A stretch of 51,491 bases of DNA, counting the filler, from Sphacelaria rigidula (lineage: Eukaryota), in the NCBI GenBank assembly GCA_964200075.2. It is 2 parts of 2 records of this genome, joined end to end, with 100 filler letters (N's around TTAATTAATTAA, not from the genome) between each part and the next. Parts side by side here need not be neighbours in the genome. Positions count along the whole stretch, not along the records: positions 25,825 to 51,491 come from CAXNAA020000158.1; 1 more part is not named here. One strand, given 5' to 3'. Position numbers and translations under genes: made by a program. The notes beneath the pieces are model-generated. The model did no database searches, was not told where the DNA came from, and saw only the letters and a program-made list of their open reading frames with translations. Positions 38,300-51,491 of the stretch are shown here, piece by piece. Position 1 is the stretch's first letter. Each line of letters begins with the position of its first letter.

Positions 38300-39150
38300 A
38301 AGGAGCTACCGGCGGTTCCAAAAATGAGGATAGTCGACCTGTTAGCACTCGTTCATACATTCCATGAAAATGTAGCGGTAGGCGCCACCCTATCCACGAT
38401 GCGTGACCGCTTCCTGTTGTTAACGAGGACGAAATATATCTGGCATGATGTGCTGCCATGTAGTTGCAGGAGGCCCAAGGGATCAAGCAGTCGTCAAACG
38501 GCCGTGAGGTGGGAGCGTGCGGTAGACCCGTGGGACGAGGTGGAGATCAACTTGCCAATGCTTGAGGTAATGTTGCATTCACATTGGTACATCTGTCAGG
38601 CAGTCGACCTCGCTTCCCGATTCCCATTTGGTTTCACACAGCCATCGAAACAAGCCAACGGGGTAGTCTATGCCCCCGCGGAATGTGCATAACTTCCGAT
38701 GTCCCACAAAAGATTCGCCGAACAGAGGCGAAGAGTTCAGCGTGGAGTAGTCACCCATCTGTGCAGGTGACTGAAAGAGGACATCGCTTTCCGAAGCGTC
38801 AGATCTGTCACGCGGTCAGGACGCAGTCGAAAGATCGGGAGGATGGCTGCTGGGCATGTTGTCAGAACTTTGCAAGTCATGACGTCAGGTGGGATGAGCA
38901 CGCCTCATTGGCTCTTTGGATCAAGCACACATTGCTTGACACGCTGCTTCCCTCTGACATGTCACTCTCCGAGTGGCCGTGTCGACGCAAAACCTCGCAC
39001 ATCGCTAAGCTGACTTGCACCTCTCTCACAAGAAGCAGAACCGAGAGTAGGACGGGACGCTTTCGTAGAACCGCGCAAACAGCACCTATGCAAGGTAAGA
39101 CTGGTGATGGATCCGGAGAGAGAGATCTTAACGTGTCGGGATAATAACGG
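38300..39150 (+). mobile_element. Degenerate Ty3/gypsy-like integrase remnant
   Basis: LLALVHTFHENVAVGATL..RDRF...VLPCSCRR (zinc-binding remnant), DPWDEVEIN...AVDLASRFPFGF, RGQDAVERSGGW and RWDEHASLALWIKHTL..LPSDMS. These parallel the element at 45000-45850. Multiple frameshifts. Confidence 0.75.
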
Positions 39151-40915
39151 CCGGAAACTACAGCACTAGTACACGGTACCTTGAAATTTAAGAAAGATCG
39201 ATGACGGCACGCAGTCTGGAGGTGGTGATGCAAGGACACAAAAAACGTACGCGTAAGATAGTCCGCCCGATGTCAACCCGCATCTCGTTACTCGCCTCAC
39301 CTGAGATTTTCAATCGCTGACGGGTTCGCCTAGTTTGCCTGAAGACCAGACTATAGGGCGACGCCAACCTTTAACCCAAAATTTTCACCTTCTCACCCTG
39401 ATAGACCGTCGCGAGTCTAAATTCAGGGGAAAAAATCAGGCTGGAAATAGCGAGGAAGGGCCCAGGATGGAGCAATGTCGTAGTGGCTACCAGGAAGCGG
39501 AGTCCTGGAAAGCCTCACGCTTCCACCAGTGGACGGGTTCCACGCCCTTTGGCATCTGCACCACCCAGCCAAGGCATCAAGTATGTCATCCCGCCCGAGC
39601 ACGCCATGACGCTGTGCCGCGCAGTGATGCTCCGAACATGTTCCCCATGGGTTTCACATTCTGAGAGGATTTTGACGGAGCTGGGCAGAAAGGACAAGTG
39701 TTCGACGGCGGCAACCTTTCCGTAGAGTGACACGACGACGAAGACTACGAGGGGTCTTCACGTAGAGAACTCCAGCAAGTGGCCCTGACGAGCGAGCCCA
39801 TACATCAACGAAGCAGAGAAACACATTATTATTGTACGAAGGAGAGAACACAACACAGTTATGGGTGCACCTGACCCCCCCAATATGGCACAAAAAGTGT
39901 CACCGACCAAAAGCACGGACAGACCGGAGATCTTGTTCATCCCCTGATTATGCACGCCGTAAAATCCCCCAGAGTACTTGTGATTTGAGTAGGGTTTCCA
40001 CTGCACTATTTCCCATTTTCGCCGTCCCGGACTACGAGCCACGGCCTGCTTCGGCTACTCATCGGCGTATATTTGTGCAAGCTACAATCTGACACGATTG
40101 CGGAACCAAAGGAGTTATGGTGAAGATAATCGCGAAAAACCCATGTTTTTTTTCACTCAATATGTTATATAAGTCGGATCCCACTGATATGAGACAAATT
40201 CACGCATCAAATCGTAGCTGCTGTTTTGGCGCAGATGATGCAATAAACCGCACCCCAATCGATGGCCTTGGCAATGAGTAATCGGAGCGACCGTTTGGGC
40301 TATGAGCGCAAACCAGCGCCTCCAACCCTCGCCGATTTCCACGACATGCGGAAACCTCACCCCTGTCCAGCGGCCTCTCAGAATAGATTACACCCATGAA
40401 TGACTTTTGATAGTGCAGATGGTCGATACATCGGAGTCGTGGAATCTTTGACAGCTGTAGAGTTTGAACCCTTGACCGAACCCCTAGAAGCTCCTGTGTC
40501 TGCGAGACATTCACCCGTCTGTGCATTGCTCGTGATAGTGGCAAGAGTAGCGCTCGTTCTCCTGCACCCGGTGCCACCACCACGCCACCATCGATAGCGT
40601 AGCTAAGTATCTGATCTCACCTGGCGGCACGTATGGGCAAACTCTTAACTGAAGGAGAAAAGAAAGCCGCAGAGCAAGCTGGCATTCAAGAAGAGAGAGC
40701 AGTATCCGCAACGGCAACACACTCCAAAAGCCGTCATAGACATCACGATGAGTCGCACGAACGAAAGCAAGAATCATCTTCGCGACCTCGCAGCACCGAA
40801 GCGAAAATTGTAACACTAACCCTAAGCCTAACCACAACGAAGGCATACCGAAAACCCTCGTATACCTGGCATATCACGGTTTGAGGTGTACACTGGAATG
40901 CCCTGACCCTTATTA

Positions 40916-41123
40916 GAGGTGTCTTAAACTCGGTTCCCGGTTTCCTGGTTTACTCGCTGCCTCTAAGCATTGTACTATTTTTTCAAGTGAAAATGATGGC
41001 GATTTATAGGAGGACCTAACCTGGCGGTCAAAGGGTCTCATCATCTGATGAATCGCCCCACTTTCACTTGAAAAAATGGAACAAGATGAACCAGGAAACC
41101 GGGAACCAAGTTTGAAATACCTC
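40916..41123. mobile_element. Foldback/MITE-like element (~208 bp, long terminal inverted repeats)
   Basis: Left arm gaggtgtcttaaactcggttcccggtttcctggtt matches the reverse complement of the right arm (gaggtatttcaaacttggttcccggtttcctggtt). An inner pair ttttttcaagtgaaa / tttcacttgaaaaaa also matches. Confidence 0.85.
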
Positions 41124-41769
41124 CATTATTCGGCATGTCGATCGATCGTTACGAGCCCCTGAACCAGACGAGATGTTGCGCAACAAGTGTACCTCTGCCG
41201 CAGCACTCTGTAAAAATTGAAGGACCAAGCAGTCTCATCAAACCAATAAATTTGACTCTACGGAGTATATGTCTTGAGATTCAACTGGTCGTCATCGATC
41301 ACATAGGTACTTTTTGCAACCGGAGGGCGGCGGCAAGCCACTGAGACAACTACATACCGATATCATCTCTGCAACCATGCTGGAGGTATATATCTCTACC
41401 CACACTGTACCTATCGAGACGTTCTTTACGATTTGCCAACAACCATTCTAGCTGGAAACGGGTGTCCCATAACCCATACCCAACAAGTAAGAAAAAATGG
41501 ATCACATTTCAGCTGGGTCGGCATGCCGTGTGCACATAGCCCCAGCGCCAAGAATACTGTATGTGTCTATCCGCAGATACCAGGTACCGAAAACATGTTT
41601 CGCCATCAACCAACTAAGTGAGGGAAAATCAACCTACACTCCAAGGGGGGGTGGATCGTGCAATGCAATCGAGTCATCTACCCGTCGACTAACCAACTTC
41701 GGGAATATCAACCTGCACTCCAAGGAAAAGTGGATAGTGTGATACTCTAACGTTGAGAACGGTACATCC

Positions 41770-42140
41770 CGAAAAGGGGTCTCAACGTCGGCCACATACC
41801 AACATCTTCATGCAATCGAGTAATAAAGCCGATGTGAAAACAAGCACATCTCATTGTCCACCTGGCAAGCTAGGAAACGGTAACCTACACTTCAGGGATG
41901 ATGGGAGGTGCAATTCACTAGGGTTGGGATCGGTGTATCGCTGTGGAAAGGATCTCAACGCCGGGCGTATAGCGACATCATTATGCAATCAAGTCATATA
42001 CCCTATGTGAAAACAAGCACATCTCATCGTCAACCTGCCAAGCTGGGAAACGGTAACCTAAACTTCTAGGGATAATGAGAGGTGCAATTCACCAGTGTTG
42101 GGGACGGTACAATGCTGTGAAAAGGGTCTTAACGGGTCTT
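41770..42140. repeat. Tandem duplication, ~173-bp unit
   Basis: atgtgaaaacaagcacatctcat...ggaaacggtaaccta...gaggtgcaattcac occurs at 41832 and 42005, with a more decayed unit upstream. Confidence 0.85.
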
Positions 42141-43099
42141 AATGCCGTTCGAGATCATCCACCTACTATACCCAGCTTTACAATCATTTACGTTTCACAA
42201 CACGCGTGAGGTTCTAGCGGGCATTTTTTGTTTTTCATCATATATCGTCGTACAGTACACTGTCCAAATTCACGTGTTGGCCCAGAGAGTTTGTCACAAA
42301 CAACCGCAGGTTGGAATACATCAACCCTTCCCTTGAAAAACGTTTGTCCCGCCGAGACGGAGAAAACCTACTAAGCAGTTTTTCAGTTAAACTGTCACTA
42401 CAGCTCAGATCCTCTGGCATCTCACCCTACTGTTGAAACAAGATAAGCGTATTACAGTGCCACAAATCACGTCCCGATATTCGTCGGGAACACAATGATC
42501 AGCAGCCGCCTGCAGGCACGCTCACCGCCACTATTATGATTCGTCCCGAGAATTGTCATGTAACTGACTTAGCTTCACCCACAAAATAAAAACCCATCAC
42601 AGCGCGGATAATCATGGGAACCGCAAACACCTTGACAACATCCATGAAAACCCGCGGCACCACGCTACTTCGTGCAGTACTCACTTCTGGGACATGTGTC
42701 CCGCGATTAATCTTCACCATGAGACGCGAGGCCTCTCAACCAGATAGTACGTACGTGAGTTCAATACATACTCTGACTATGATAGCAAATCCCACCGCAT
42801 GTAACTGCCAAAACATGAAAAGGCAAGTACCTCTGTACCGTGTCATCTAATCAGTATAATAGACTATACTGAAAAGCCTGTTCACTCGAATACCTCGTGG
42901 AAAGGGTCTCGACGCTGGTCAAGATTTAGACTTTGTCCACAAGTGCCAGTGAAACATTTCTCCATTGGTATGATTTCTCCCAGGTGAACAAACTGGATTG
43001 CGAAAAGAGAGAGTTGAACAGGGGATGCAACAGTTTCTCTATCGCACACGCTGTCTTATCTAGAAAGCTTCTGCATCTGCGTCAGAATTAATAGGGGGA

Positions 43100-46000
43100 G
43101 AGCTGTCACCGCGTGTGCCATCTTTAGCCATCATTATGTCCTCATCTTCTTCCCTTGTGGGGCAGTCTTTCAACTTGTGTCCTTTCTCACCACACTTCAC
43201 GCAATAGCTTTCCGGGCAATCGGTTGCGTAGCGCTAAACCATCTGTTTACGTACCCAATACCTTCGTTTTCCCGGTTCTTCGTCACCTCTGCTTCTCTTA
43301 TCTTCTTTCTTGACATTCTTGATGCGTTTTTTCTACCACCCTTTTTTCGACCGCTCCCTCCCTTGATACAAGTACACCGTGCGGCATTCAGTCCGTTACG
43401 TGACCCCTCCGCCATCAGCAACCGACGTTATGGGGAGGAGGGGTCACGTGAAGGACAGCACGCCGTGACAGATGCGGGAGCAGAAGAAACGGTCCCTGCA
43501 TCAACCGACCGAGAGGTCAGATCCGGCCGGACAGGAGGAGCCAGGCCGGTCCACGAAGAACCCACGACAACTGTGGGGGATGTTTCGCCCGATAGCACTA
43601 CCGGCGAGGCTCGGAAAACCTCGAGACACGTGACTCTGGGGTTGACCAACGCACCACGTTTGTAGAAACTGAGTTTTGATGGTCTTGACGAGAGTTGGCA
43701 GATGTTCTGTGGCGATTTTGTGAAGCAGATAGAGGCGATGGGCATGCTGGAGGTGTTGAGTGACTGACGTAGAGAGAGATCAGTCGAGAGATCAACGTGC
43801 ATCAGGCCAGTGAACAACGGATGGCTGTACAGGGATTGGACAGTACCGAAACAATCATGTTCAAAACTGTTTGGGCGACGCTAATCAACTCTATTAGCGG
43901 TGAGGCCACGAGGCAACTCGTGAACTCAAGCCAGGGATCAGAAAAAGCAAGGAAGGCGTTGCAGGTACGTACAAGTCCGGGGCGCCGTTTTTCCCATAAC
44001 CTCGTGCAAGATGTACAACCAGAAGTGTTGGGTAGGGGATGCAAGTCGAGTCGCGCCAATCGATCGGGCTGCGCCAGAGTCGGAAATTTGCCAGTGTCAG
44101 CAAAGAGTTGGTCAAGATTCCTTTCATCAATCTCTGTGAGAACGCTGATCTTGGAGAGTACTGCTGTGATGGTGATTTTCCTGCTTGGAAGGAGCTCGTT
44201 GTTCCGTTGTTAAGCGGAGCTGATCGTCTCACAGAGCAGGCCTCAGTCTCAGCCGTGCAGGTGGGCTCACCGTATCAGAAAAGACGGGCCCATGTGGTCG
44301 CCTTGAAAACTAAGGGTCGGAGAAGGGCAACTGCGAGCGTGGAAGCAGCGATTGGAAGCGTACGCCGTTGCCTGCCCCACGTTGGGTCAGCTATTACGGT
44401 GGGCAGGTACCTATTTTCTGGAGCCGACGGGACAGGTCAAAGCGATTCACACCTTCGAGGATTCGTTGTCCAGGTGATCTCGTTCTCGGCTGACGAAAGG
44501 GAAACCAAGGCGGGGAGAATTGAGGCCTCACAAGGCGGACGCAGGGGGATGGGAGGAAGCAATCGAGCTGGAAAAAGTCGATATTGTGAGAGTCGCTACA
44601 ACTCTCGACTGCTACGAGACACCGCTGACGGTTAATAACGACGCCATGCCGGAGATCGTAGCGAATTTCGTTCACGCATGGATGAGTAAGGCGGTTTTAT
44701 CCAGTTTGGAAGGGGAAAGTGTGCTGAGCCCGACTCAGCTTCAGGGCGAGGATGATGATACGAGCATGCTCGTTGCGATGTGGCCTCGTGACGAAGCAGA
44801 ATAATCAGAGGCTTGGGGAGTCGCCGTAACTCGTTCGTCGGTTCAAGAGGCAAAGCAAAAGCCGGACCAAGACCCCGGTGGTGGGAAGGTTTCAACCGGG
44901 GAGCCACGGATGCCGGGTAAAGGTGACCCCAGACCGTTCTCGATCAGGCGAGAGCGATCTTGATGGATAAGCCGCGATTAGTTCTGCTTTAAGAGCGGGA
45001 ATCGCGGCTTGGGCTCATGAGGGATAGGTTACTGGAGGAAGACCGGAATAAAGGAACCGGTAAAAGGCAGGAAGCGTACGCTTTAGATGATAATCCTTTA
45101 CGGTATACGTCACCGAGAGCGCCAGCTAGGTCAGTTGTTTCACGCAGCCTGGTGCCTGGTTTGCTGGCGCTGGTGCACACTACGTGCGGGCACGCCGGAG
45201 TGATGAGGACGGCTGCAGCAGTGAACGCAAGCGGTGAGTGGCTCGGTCTTTTCGCCGACACTCCCAAATACGTGTTGTCTTGTGGTTATCGCCGGCGCAA
45301 GCATACTAACAGCCACACCATAGCGATGCAACCGGCCCGCTTCTTGCTGCCCTGGGAGGTGATAGAGATGGGCATATCTGACATGAAGCAGGTTTCTACC
45401 GCGGGTAATCGATACTTATTAGTCGTTTTGGGTCGGGCGACCAAGTTTCTCTTTGCTTTCCCACTAGCAGGTCACCAAAGCCGTAGCCAAGTGTCTGCTT
45501 AAGCTCTTCTTGACGTTCGGAGTAGCCCATTTCCTTAGAACTGACGTTGGGGGGGAGTTCACTTCGTAAGTAGTCAAGCATGTATGCCAGTGGATGATGT
45601 GAAACTCGATCATGGTCCAGTAGACCACCCTCGCGGTCAGGGCGCGGTGGAAAGATACGGAGGGCGGTTACACGGTGCCTTCGCCGAGTTACGCAGGCAG
45701 TGGCCGGAAAGGTGGGACGAGTATGTGGATTCCGCGATTTGGATTCGTCGTACTATTCCCAATCCGTCACTGCCTAATAACCCTACGCCATTTAAGCTGC
45801 TTTTGGGGCGCGAACCTCGCACCCAAGTAGACTCTGTTGTCACCTAAAGCGAAGTCACGACTGTTGAACAACACGGTGGAACAGCAACGACGGTGAGGTT
45901 CAGGAGATACTAGCTCAACGCCATCAGTAAAGGGAAGTGGTGAGATCAGCTAGAAACGCCGAAATGACTCGCCAGTCGGCAAGATCACGAGAACAGGTAG

Positions 46001-47550
46001 GAGATCTGATGCTAGTTAAAGAGTCCGACAGCTCCACTTTGAACGGAGACGTACCGGCCAAAATAGTCCACGACCTGCTGACAGGGCCATGAACGGTGCA
46101 GATACGTTCTACGATAGCCCCCCCCACAAAAGTGCATCATGTTGGGAGACAAAATCTTCACGTAAATCGAAATGGGAAAAGCCGAGCACAACGAGCAGCT
46201 GGGAATTCCCACGTTTGGGTCCGTTCTAGCCGATGTCGCCAATATGAGGCGTTTCATGCAGCCTGAACCCAAACATTAGGCGCTGTATGGCCATTTTTTT
46301 CGTGACACGTTTGAGCTGGTTTTTTGGGGGGGCTATCGTAGAAAGTGTCTGCAGCAAGTAGTAATACCGTGCCCCAGCCTCAAGGTCAAGATACGGTGTA
46401 AGATACGCGAGTGAACGGTTTCTACGGCCAATGTGAAGAAATCTTATGTTCGCCCAGAACATCTACGGCACTCATTTCCAGACGATTACTCGCCGTTGGC
46501 GTGGGGGACTGATTTGGGATTGGCCGAGGGCATTGCATCCGCGCCACCACTGTTTACCTCGACGGACAGGAAAGTAGTGCTGGGCCCAGGATCGTCGTGG
46601 GTGTGGGGATATCGGGGGTTGTTTCACGACAGAGCTGAGTCAAACTGGCTTTCAGAGGAGGAGGCTTTGGGCAATTCTACTCGTTTACAGTTGGACGCGT
46701 TTCATGCCTTGTGAGAAGCATATCACCCGCAGACGAGACGACGTCCATCGGATACGCCATCGCAAGGAGAAAGCGACTCAATTGCTCGGGATGAAGCGAT
46801 ACGTCACATTCCCCGAGGTGCAAAGATCCGTAAGCGGCTTGCAAACTGCCAAGGGGAGTAACGGCAATTCGAAGGGGTGGTTTTCGATTTCCGTCAACCG
46901 TACTATCGTATCAAGTAAGGATGAGGACTGGGAGGAGATAATCCAGTTGCGGGTACAAAAATACGCGGTGATGCAGGAAATGCCGGAGCAGTTCATATTA
47001 TCAAGCTGAATTGTGAAAAATAATCGTTTATGTACAGTGTTGAAATTCCTTACGTGGTCTAACCCGGCAGAGCGGTCAACAAGATTAGGAATTGCTCCTG
47101 ACTGGCTGGGTTCGTTCTAGCACGGTGTGTAATTTCACTGCGTGATCTAACCCAGCAGGTCGGTCATCAAGATCGACGGCTACACGAAACGACGTCGATT
47201 ACGCGGGGAAGAGGAACATGGTGACGCGACTATCCATCGTCCGAGGGGTTTTCAACCCTGGGTCTGAGAGGGGGTGTTATGGGTCGCGGCGTAGTGGTGG
47301 TAGGGCAGTACAATGATGGGCGAGTCGTGTCGACGAATAGTGCCCGCAGAGCTGACTGCGGGAACTGGCAAGTGGTGAGGATATTTGGATCCGTTCGCGA
47401 CGGTTACATAAACATGCCTCTTTGCATCCAGCTTGGATTCGTTTCTTTCTTGAACGAATCTCTGCTGAGCCCCTGGTGTTTAATTCTCAGCACGAGTCAA
47501 GAGCGAAAGCTTGTGCACTGAGCCAACGCCACCAGACGAGAAAACAAAAT
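43100..47550 (+). mobile_element. Degenerate Ty3/gypsy-like LTR retrotransposon (gag-like region plus integrase; RT/RNase H not seen)
   Basis: Integrase motifs at 45100-45850: LLALVHTTCGHAGVMRT...YVLSCGYRRRK, PWEVIEM..SD..STAGNRYLLVV..RATKFLFAFPL, DVGGE, HPRGQGAVER, WPERWDEYV, TPFKLLLGREPRT. A purine tract GAGAGGGGG followed by TG near 47266-47276 resembles a PPT/3' LTR start. Many stops and frameshifts; boundaries are approximate. Confidence 0.8.
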
Positions 47551-48189
47551 CATCGCCTCTGAAGCCGTGATCGAGACGCTCTGACGTTCAGCGTGAATTG
47601 TTCTGCGTTGGACGTATCCTCTTTTGTTGTGCATTTTACTGGTTGGTTGTAGAGCAACGGTGAGGCAGTATACGGATGCACGTAACAATGTAGGTGAACT
47701 ACTGTAGCAAGATGCGGTTGATACAACAGTAAAAACAAACGAGTACATGGATAGGATATATGTGGTGCTATATTTACCGTTCTCACGTATGTCAAAACTG
47801 TAAAATAACAAAGACATGTTGGTGACGCATGAGTTTGTACGGGCGTGAGTTAGCGAGACTTGGCTGATCGCTAGAAGTTACAACATGTATCGCATCGCTG
47901 TTCGCGCTGAAGCAATGTTCAATGAAGACAATGAGTTTCTGAACCTGACTGTCCATGACACTTGTGCTGTGGTACAGTTGGCCTGAATATACACAACAGT
48001 GCGAAGACAATTTCAGACAACACCAGTGCTGCAAGAGTCGTCCCCGCATGTTCGCGTGAGTTTTCATAAACACTGCAGCAATACCTACTGCAGTCAGCGG
48101 ATAGTGCAGTACAGTACAGCACAGATTAGGGTTGTACAATCTGTGCAGCGGATGACAGACAACAGTAGTACGAAACCTTCCATTTAAAC

Positions 48190-48600
48190 GGTATGAATCA
48201 TAGGTACATGATGTATTTCTCTCCTTTCATTTATGCAGCATAAATCACATGCACATGTTTCCCCCCTTGCATTTGTGCAGCATGAATCATACGCACATAA
48301 TCCTCGTCTTCCATGTATATGAGGTGAAGCAAGTCTACGTGTATCTCCACTTCATTCATGTAGCATGAATCATACGTACATGTTCCCCACCTTCTATTTG
48401 TACGAGGTGAAACAAGCGTGCATGTTTCCCAATTTTCGTTCATGCAACATGAATCAGACGTACACGTTCCCCGCCTTTCGTCCATACGAGATTAACCAAG
48501 CTTACATATCTCCCAATTTCCGTTCATGCAGCATGAAACATACGTATATGATATGTTCCCCACCCTCCATTCATGCCAGATGAGTCTAGCTTACATGTGT
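48190..48600. repeat. Degenerate minisatellite, ~84-bp period
   Basis: GCA(G/A)CATGAATCATACGTACAT-like core recurs at about 48277, 48360, 48444 and 48528. Confidence 0.75.
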
Positions 48601-51491
48601 TCCACCGATGATTTATCGTACCGGAAATACCCCAGTAACTTGGCACCGTTGCGTACGTGAGATGTAGGGGGGTGTGGCGACGACGAACCGGAGTGACTGC
48701 ATCGGAGTCTTAGGCTTTAGCTTCGTATGCACGCATGAAGTTCAGCTTAATTTGGGGGTTTTGGGCTCAAAATACGTTTTTTTCCAAAAGCTCAGAAAGA
48801 GCTTAAAATTTCTGAGAAGCTTCTGGTGTGCTTAACATGCGCATGAAGTTGCGATAAATGTATGTGCTCCTCCTGGAGCCATTGTAGCGGCTGCCTGAAA
48901 GTGCTCATATGGGCAATTTTCGTCACCTGACAGGCTTCAATACTTCAAACTGCCATGGTTGTGGGTCTCATCAGAAAAACGTTCCGCTAAATATTTCATT
49001 CACGTGATATCATGTTGAACGGAGAAATGAAAAATGTAATCAAAATGGGGTACAACAATTTTACAGGGCGTTAGATGACCGGATCGAATTCGCGGTCATG
49101 ATCGTGTACAATCGGAGCCGGGAGTTTGACAAGATTTGAAACGTCGACTGATGGTAAATGATGGGGAGGGGGGCAGGAGCGGTAGCTTGTAGTTTGCCGG
49201 GCGAGAGGCCAAAGGCTGCAATACCCTGTGTCCAGAGACTGCAATGCCCTACTGCTGTATCATGTATCATGAGTGTATGTGGTCGCATTTTGTTGTTTCG
49301 ATAGGTCGTTTGGGGTGGCCTTCAAACTCAAAGATCGAAAAAAAGTTCTATATTTCAATGGAAACAAACTTCAAAATTTCGGATACCCAAACTTTCGTCT
49401 TCTCCTCATGCTAAAAGGCTCGCCTCGTGAGGGGATACTGCCACAACGTCACAACAAGGACGCGCAGGAGGCGCATGAAGTACGCGTATTTTCGCCGAAA
49501 AAACTTGAAATGGGGCTTGAAACAAGTAAAAAATCTAATATACAAGAAAAACGCAGCTTAACCCTTTTGGCACTGGGCCACCAGAACGACCAATGAGGCC
49601 GGTTGGTAACGACGTGTCCTGCATATGCATGAAACAGTGGCTTCATGTTGCTAAATATCCACGTATGTATGTAACCGCAAGGTTAGTTGAAGACCGAAAC
49701 TTTCATCCAATCTATTTTCAGGTGCAGGTACAAGCTGTCTGTACTGTACTACAATTCGGGTGTTGTGGGCATCAGGTAATGTACAGATGTATCAAGCAGT
49801 ATGAGTCGCCGTCGAGAGCTTTCAACAGGATGTGGCAACCGCCACCCGTCACTTGCGGCCTTGGATATTGTCCTCATCACCATGCCACACAGCCCTTTGT
49901 GGTCGGGTTGGGCCGCGACTTCCCTCTTTGTTGCAAGCGGCAAATTCTCTTCGACCGGCATGGGCGTTGCGCCGCAGATACAGTACAGTGCGGCACGCCT
50001 TCCCGAATGCAGCAGCAGCTGCCGCTGCATACTCCCTCACATGTTCAGGGTAGTTCTCCGCGACGGAGATCAGCTGCCTATACACAGCTTATTTTTTACC
50101 GTCGATCACATACGACCTCATCGCCGCTTGTACCGCTTCGACAGAGAGATACGCAGAACTCATGCCTCTAGCTCCTTCTCTTGCCCCATAGCGTTGCCAG
50201 ATTCAGTCACCTTGTGAACATGACCACATATTATATTTAGTAGGGTACATTTATTCCCGAGTTTTCCCCCGAACACTGCGTGTTAGTGTTATCAACTAGG
50301 TTTTACAATAGGATGATGAGCCCAAAAAAAACGGGGGATGGGAGGTCGGACCTGTATAAAATGCAAGTAAATGATGAAAAAAATTGGGAATCCGAGCCCC
50401 GACCACCTGGGCTTCCTTTTGCTTCAAAGGCTTTTTTGTGAGTCAGGGACAGGGTACACCAACTTTACAGTCACATCACTCCTGGCGAAAGCCCCCCTCC
50501 ACCGGTCGTTCCGACGTGGTCGATAAATTTCGCCTCGCCGTGATCGGGCAGGTCGCTCCCAGACTGGTTTATTATCATTACAATACATGGTGGACCCCTT
50601 CTTACTGAGCTTCAGTCCCAAGATGATTAAGTTGGAAAAAAACGCATACTGTTCGAAGCTTAGGCCTAATCGGACTACGCATGGCCTACGCGTCGAAGAA
50701 ACCTTTTGACCGACTGCGAAACCGGCTGAACATACCAGTATGAGCATTTACTGCCAGTTTCAGGCAGTCTTGCGCGAAAAACAATATGCATACCCGAATG
50801 CCCGCCCTGTATTTATGACTGCCCGCACTTGGCCCGAATACAAAAATCATAACACTTTTGTACGGAAACTTTGCTTTTGCATTTCTCGACCGTGGGCGAA
50901 GGCACCACCATGAAACTCGATGCACTAGTTGGACGCAACACAGGCCGGATGTGCACCAAGTTTCAGCTCCTTGTGGCCAACGAGCAAATTAAACTAAGCG
51001 AATACCGAAATATTGTCGATAGGCCCTCAAAATGGCTAGCTCGCAGCCCAGATTCCGTGTACCATTAGTGAATGCATATGTGGACATGGTGGTGCACTTA
51101 CTGCCATATCATCATCTCCTGGGAGGGTACAGTACTGGCAAACGAACATAGATCAGTACCAGCTCACCCTCTGGATAATGACAATCTCAAGAAAAGTCAT
51201 TGCGGTATCGACTGTAGAGATGCGCAGCGCAGGAGGCACGGTCATGCGCGCGCTGTCGCCGCTGCTATGCGCTGAAACTTCGGCAACATGTCATGTAGGC
51301 CATAATCAAAACGCCCATGCGTCTACATCTGGGGTTGGGTGTTGTAGTAGTGCGCGAGGGGGCGAAAAGACCTCCAATTCTGTTCCGAATATATGTATAT
51401 ATTTCAGGGGGGGGGGGGGGGGGGGGGGGACAACATGGGGGGGTTTTTGCAACCCAACAAAAAAAAAACACACAACACTAAAAAAAAAAAA

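Noticed and set aside
41770-42140. Periodic repeats here and at 48190-48600 as CRISPR-like arrays
   Set aside because: Whole units are duplicated with no unique spacers, no cas genes are present, and the context is eukaryotic.

Overview
Intron-rich eukaryotic genomic DNA. The short GT-AG exons, 72-nt LRR exons, a bipartite-type targeting peptide and the repeat content suggest a brown alga or related stramenopile (inference). I spliced five genes by hand. (1) The 3' part of a DHBP synthase (ribB, +, to 2442). (2) A 10-exon, 645-aa fusion of a spermidine-synthase-type aminopropyltransferase and a HAD phosphatase, with a probable plastid-targeting presequence (+, 4710-11964); this is the most striking item. 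(3) A KDPG/KDPGal-aldolase-like terminal exon with a damaged or unresolved 5' part (-, about 16.9-17.8 kb). (4) Selenocysteine elongation factor eEFSec (+, from 20341, last exon(s) not found). (5) An LRR gene built from ten 72-nt phase-1 exons joined to a multi-transmembrane domain that is interrupted by one in-frame TGA (-, 27751-33846, first exon not found). A 100-nt artificial linker (N44-TTAATTAATTAA-N44) at 25725-25824 joins two contigs. The rest is mostly transposon debris: a LINE-like 3' tail, two degenerate Ty3/gypsy-like integrase regions, a foldback MITE and minisatellites.
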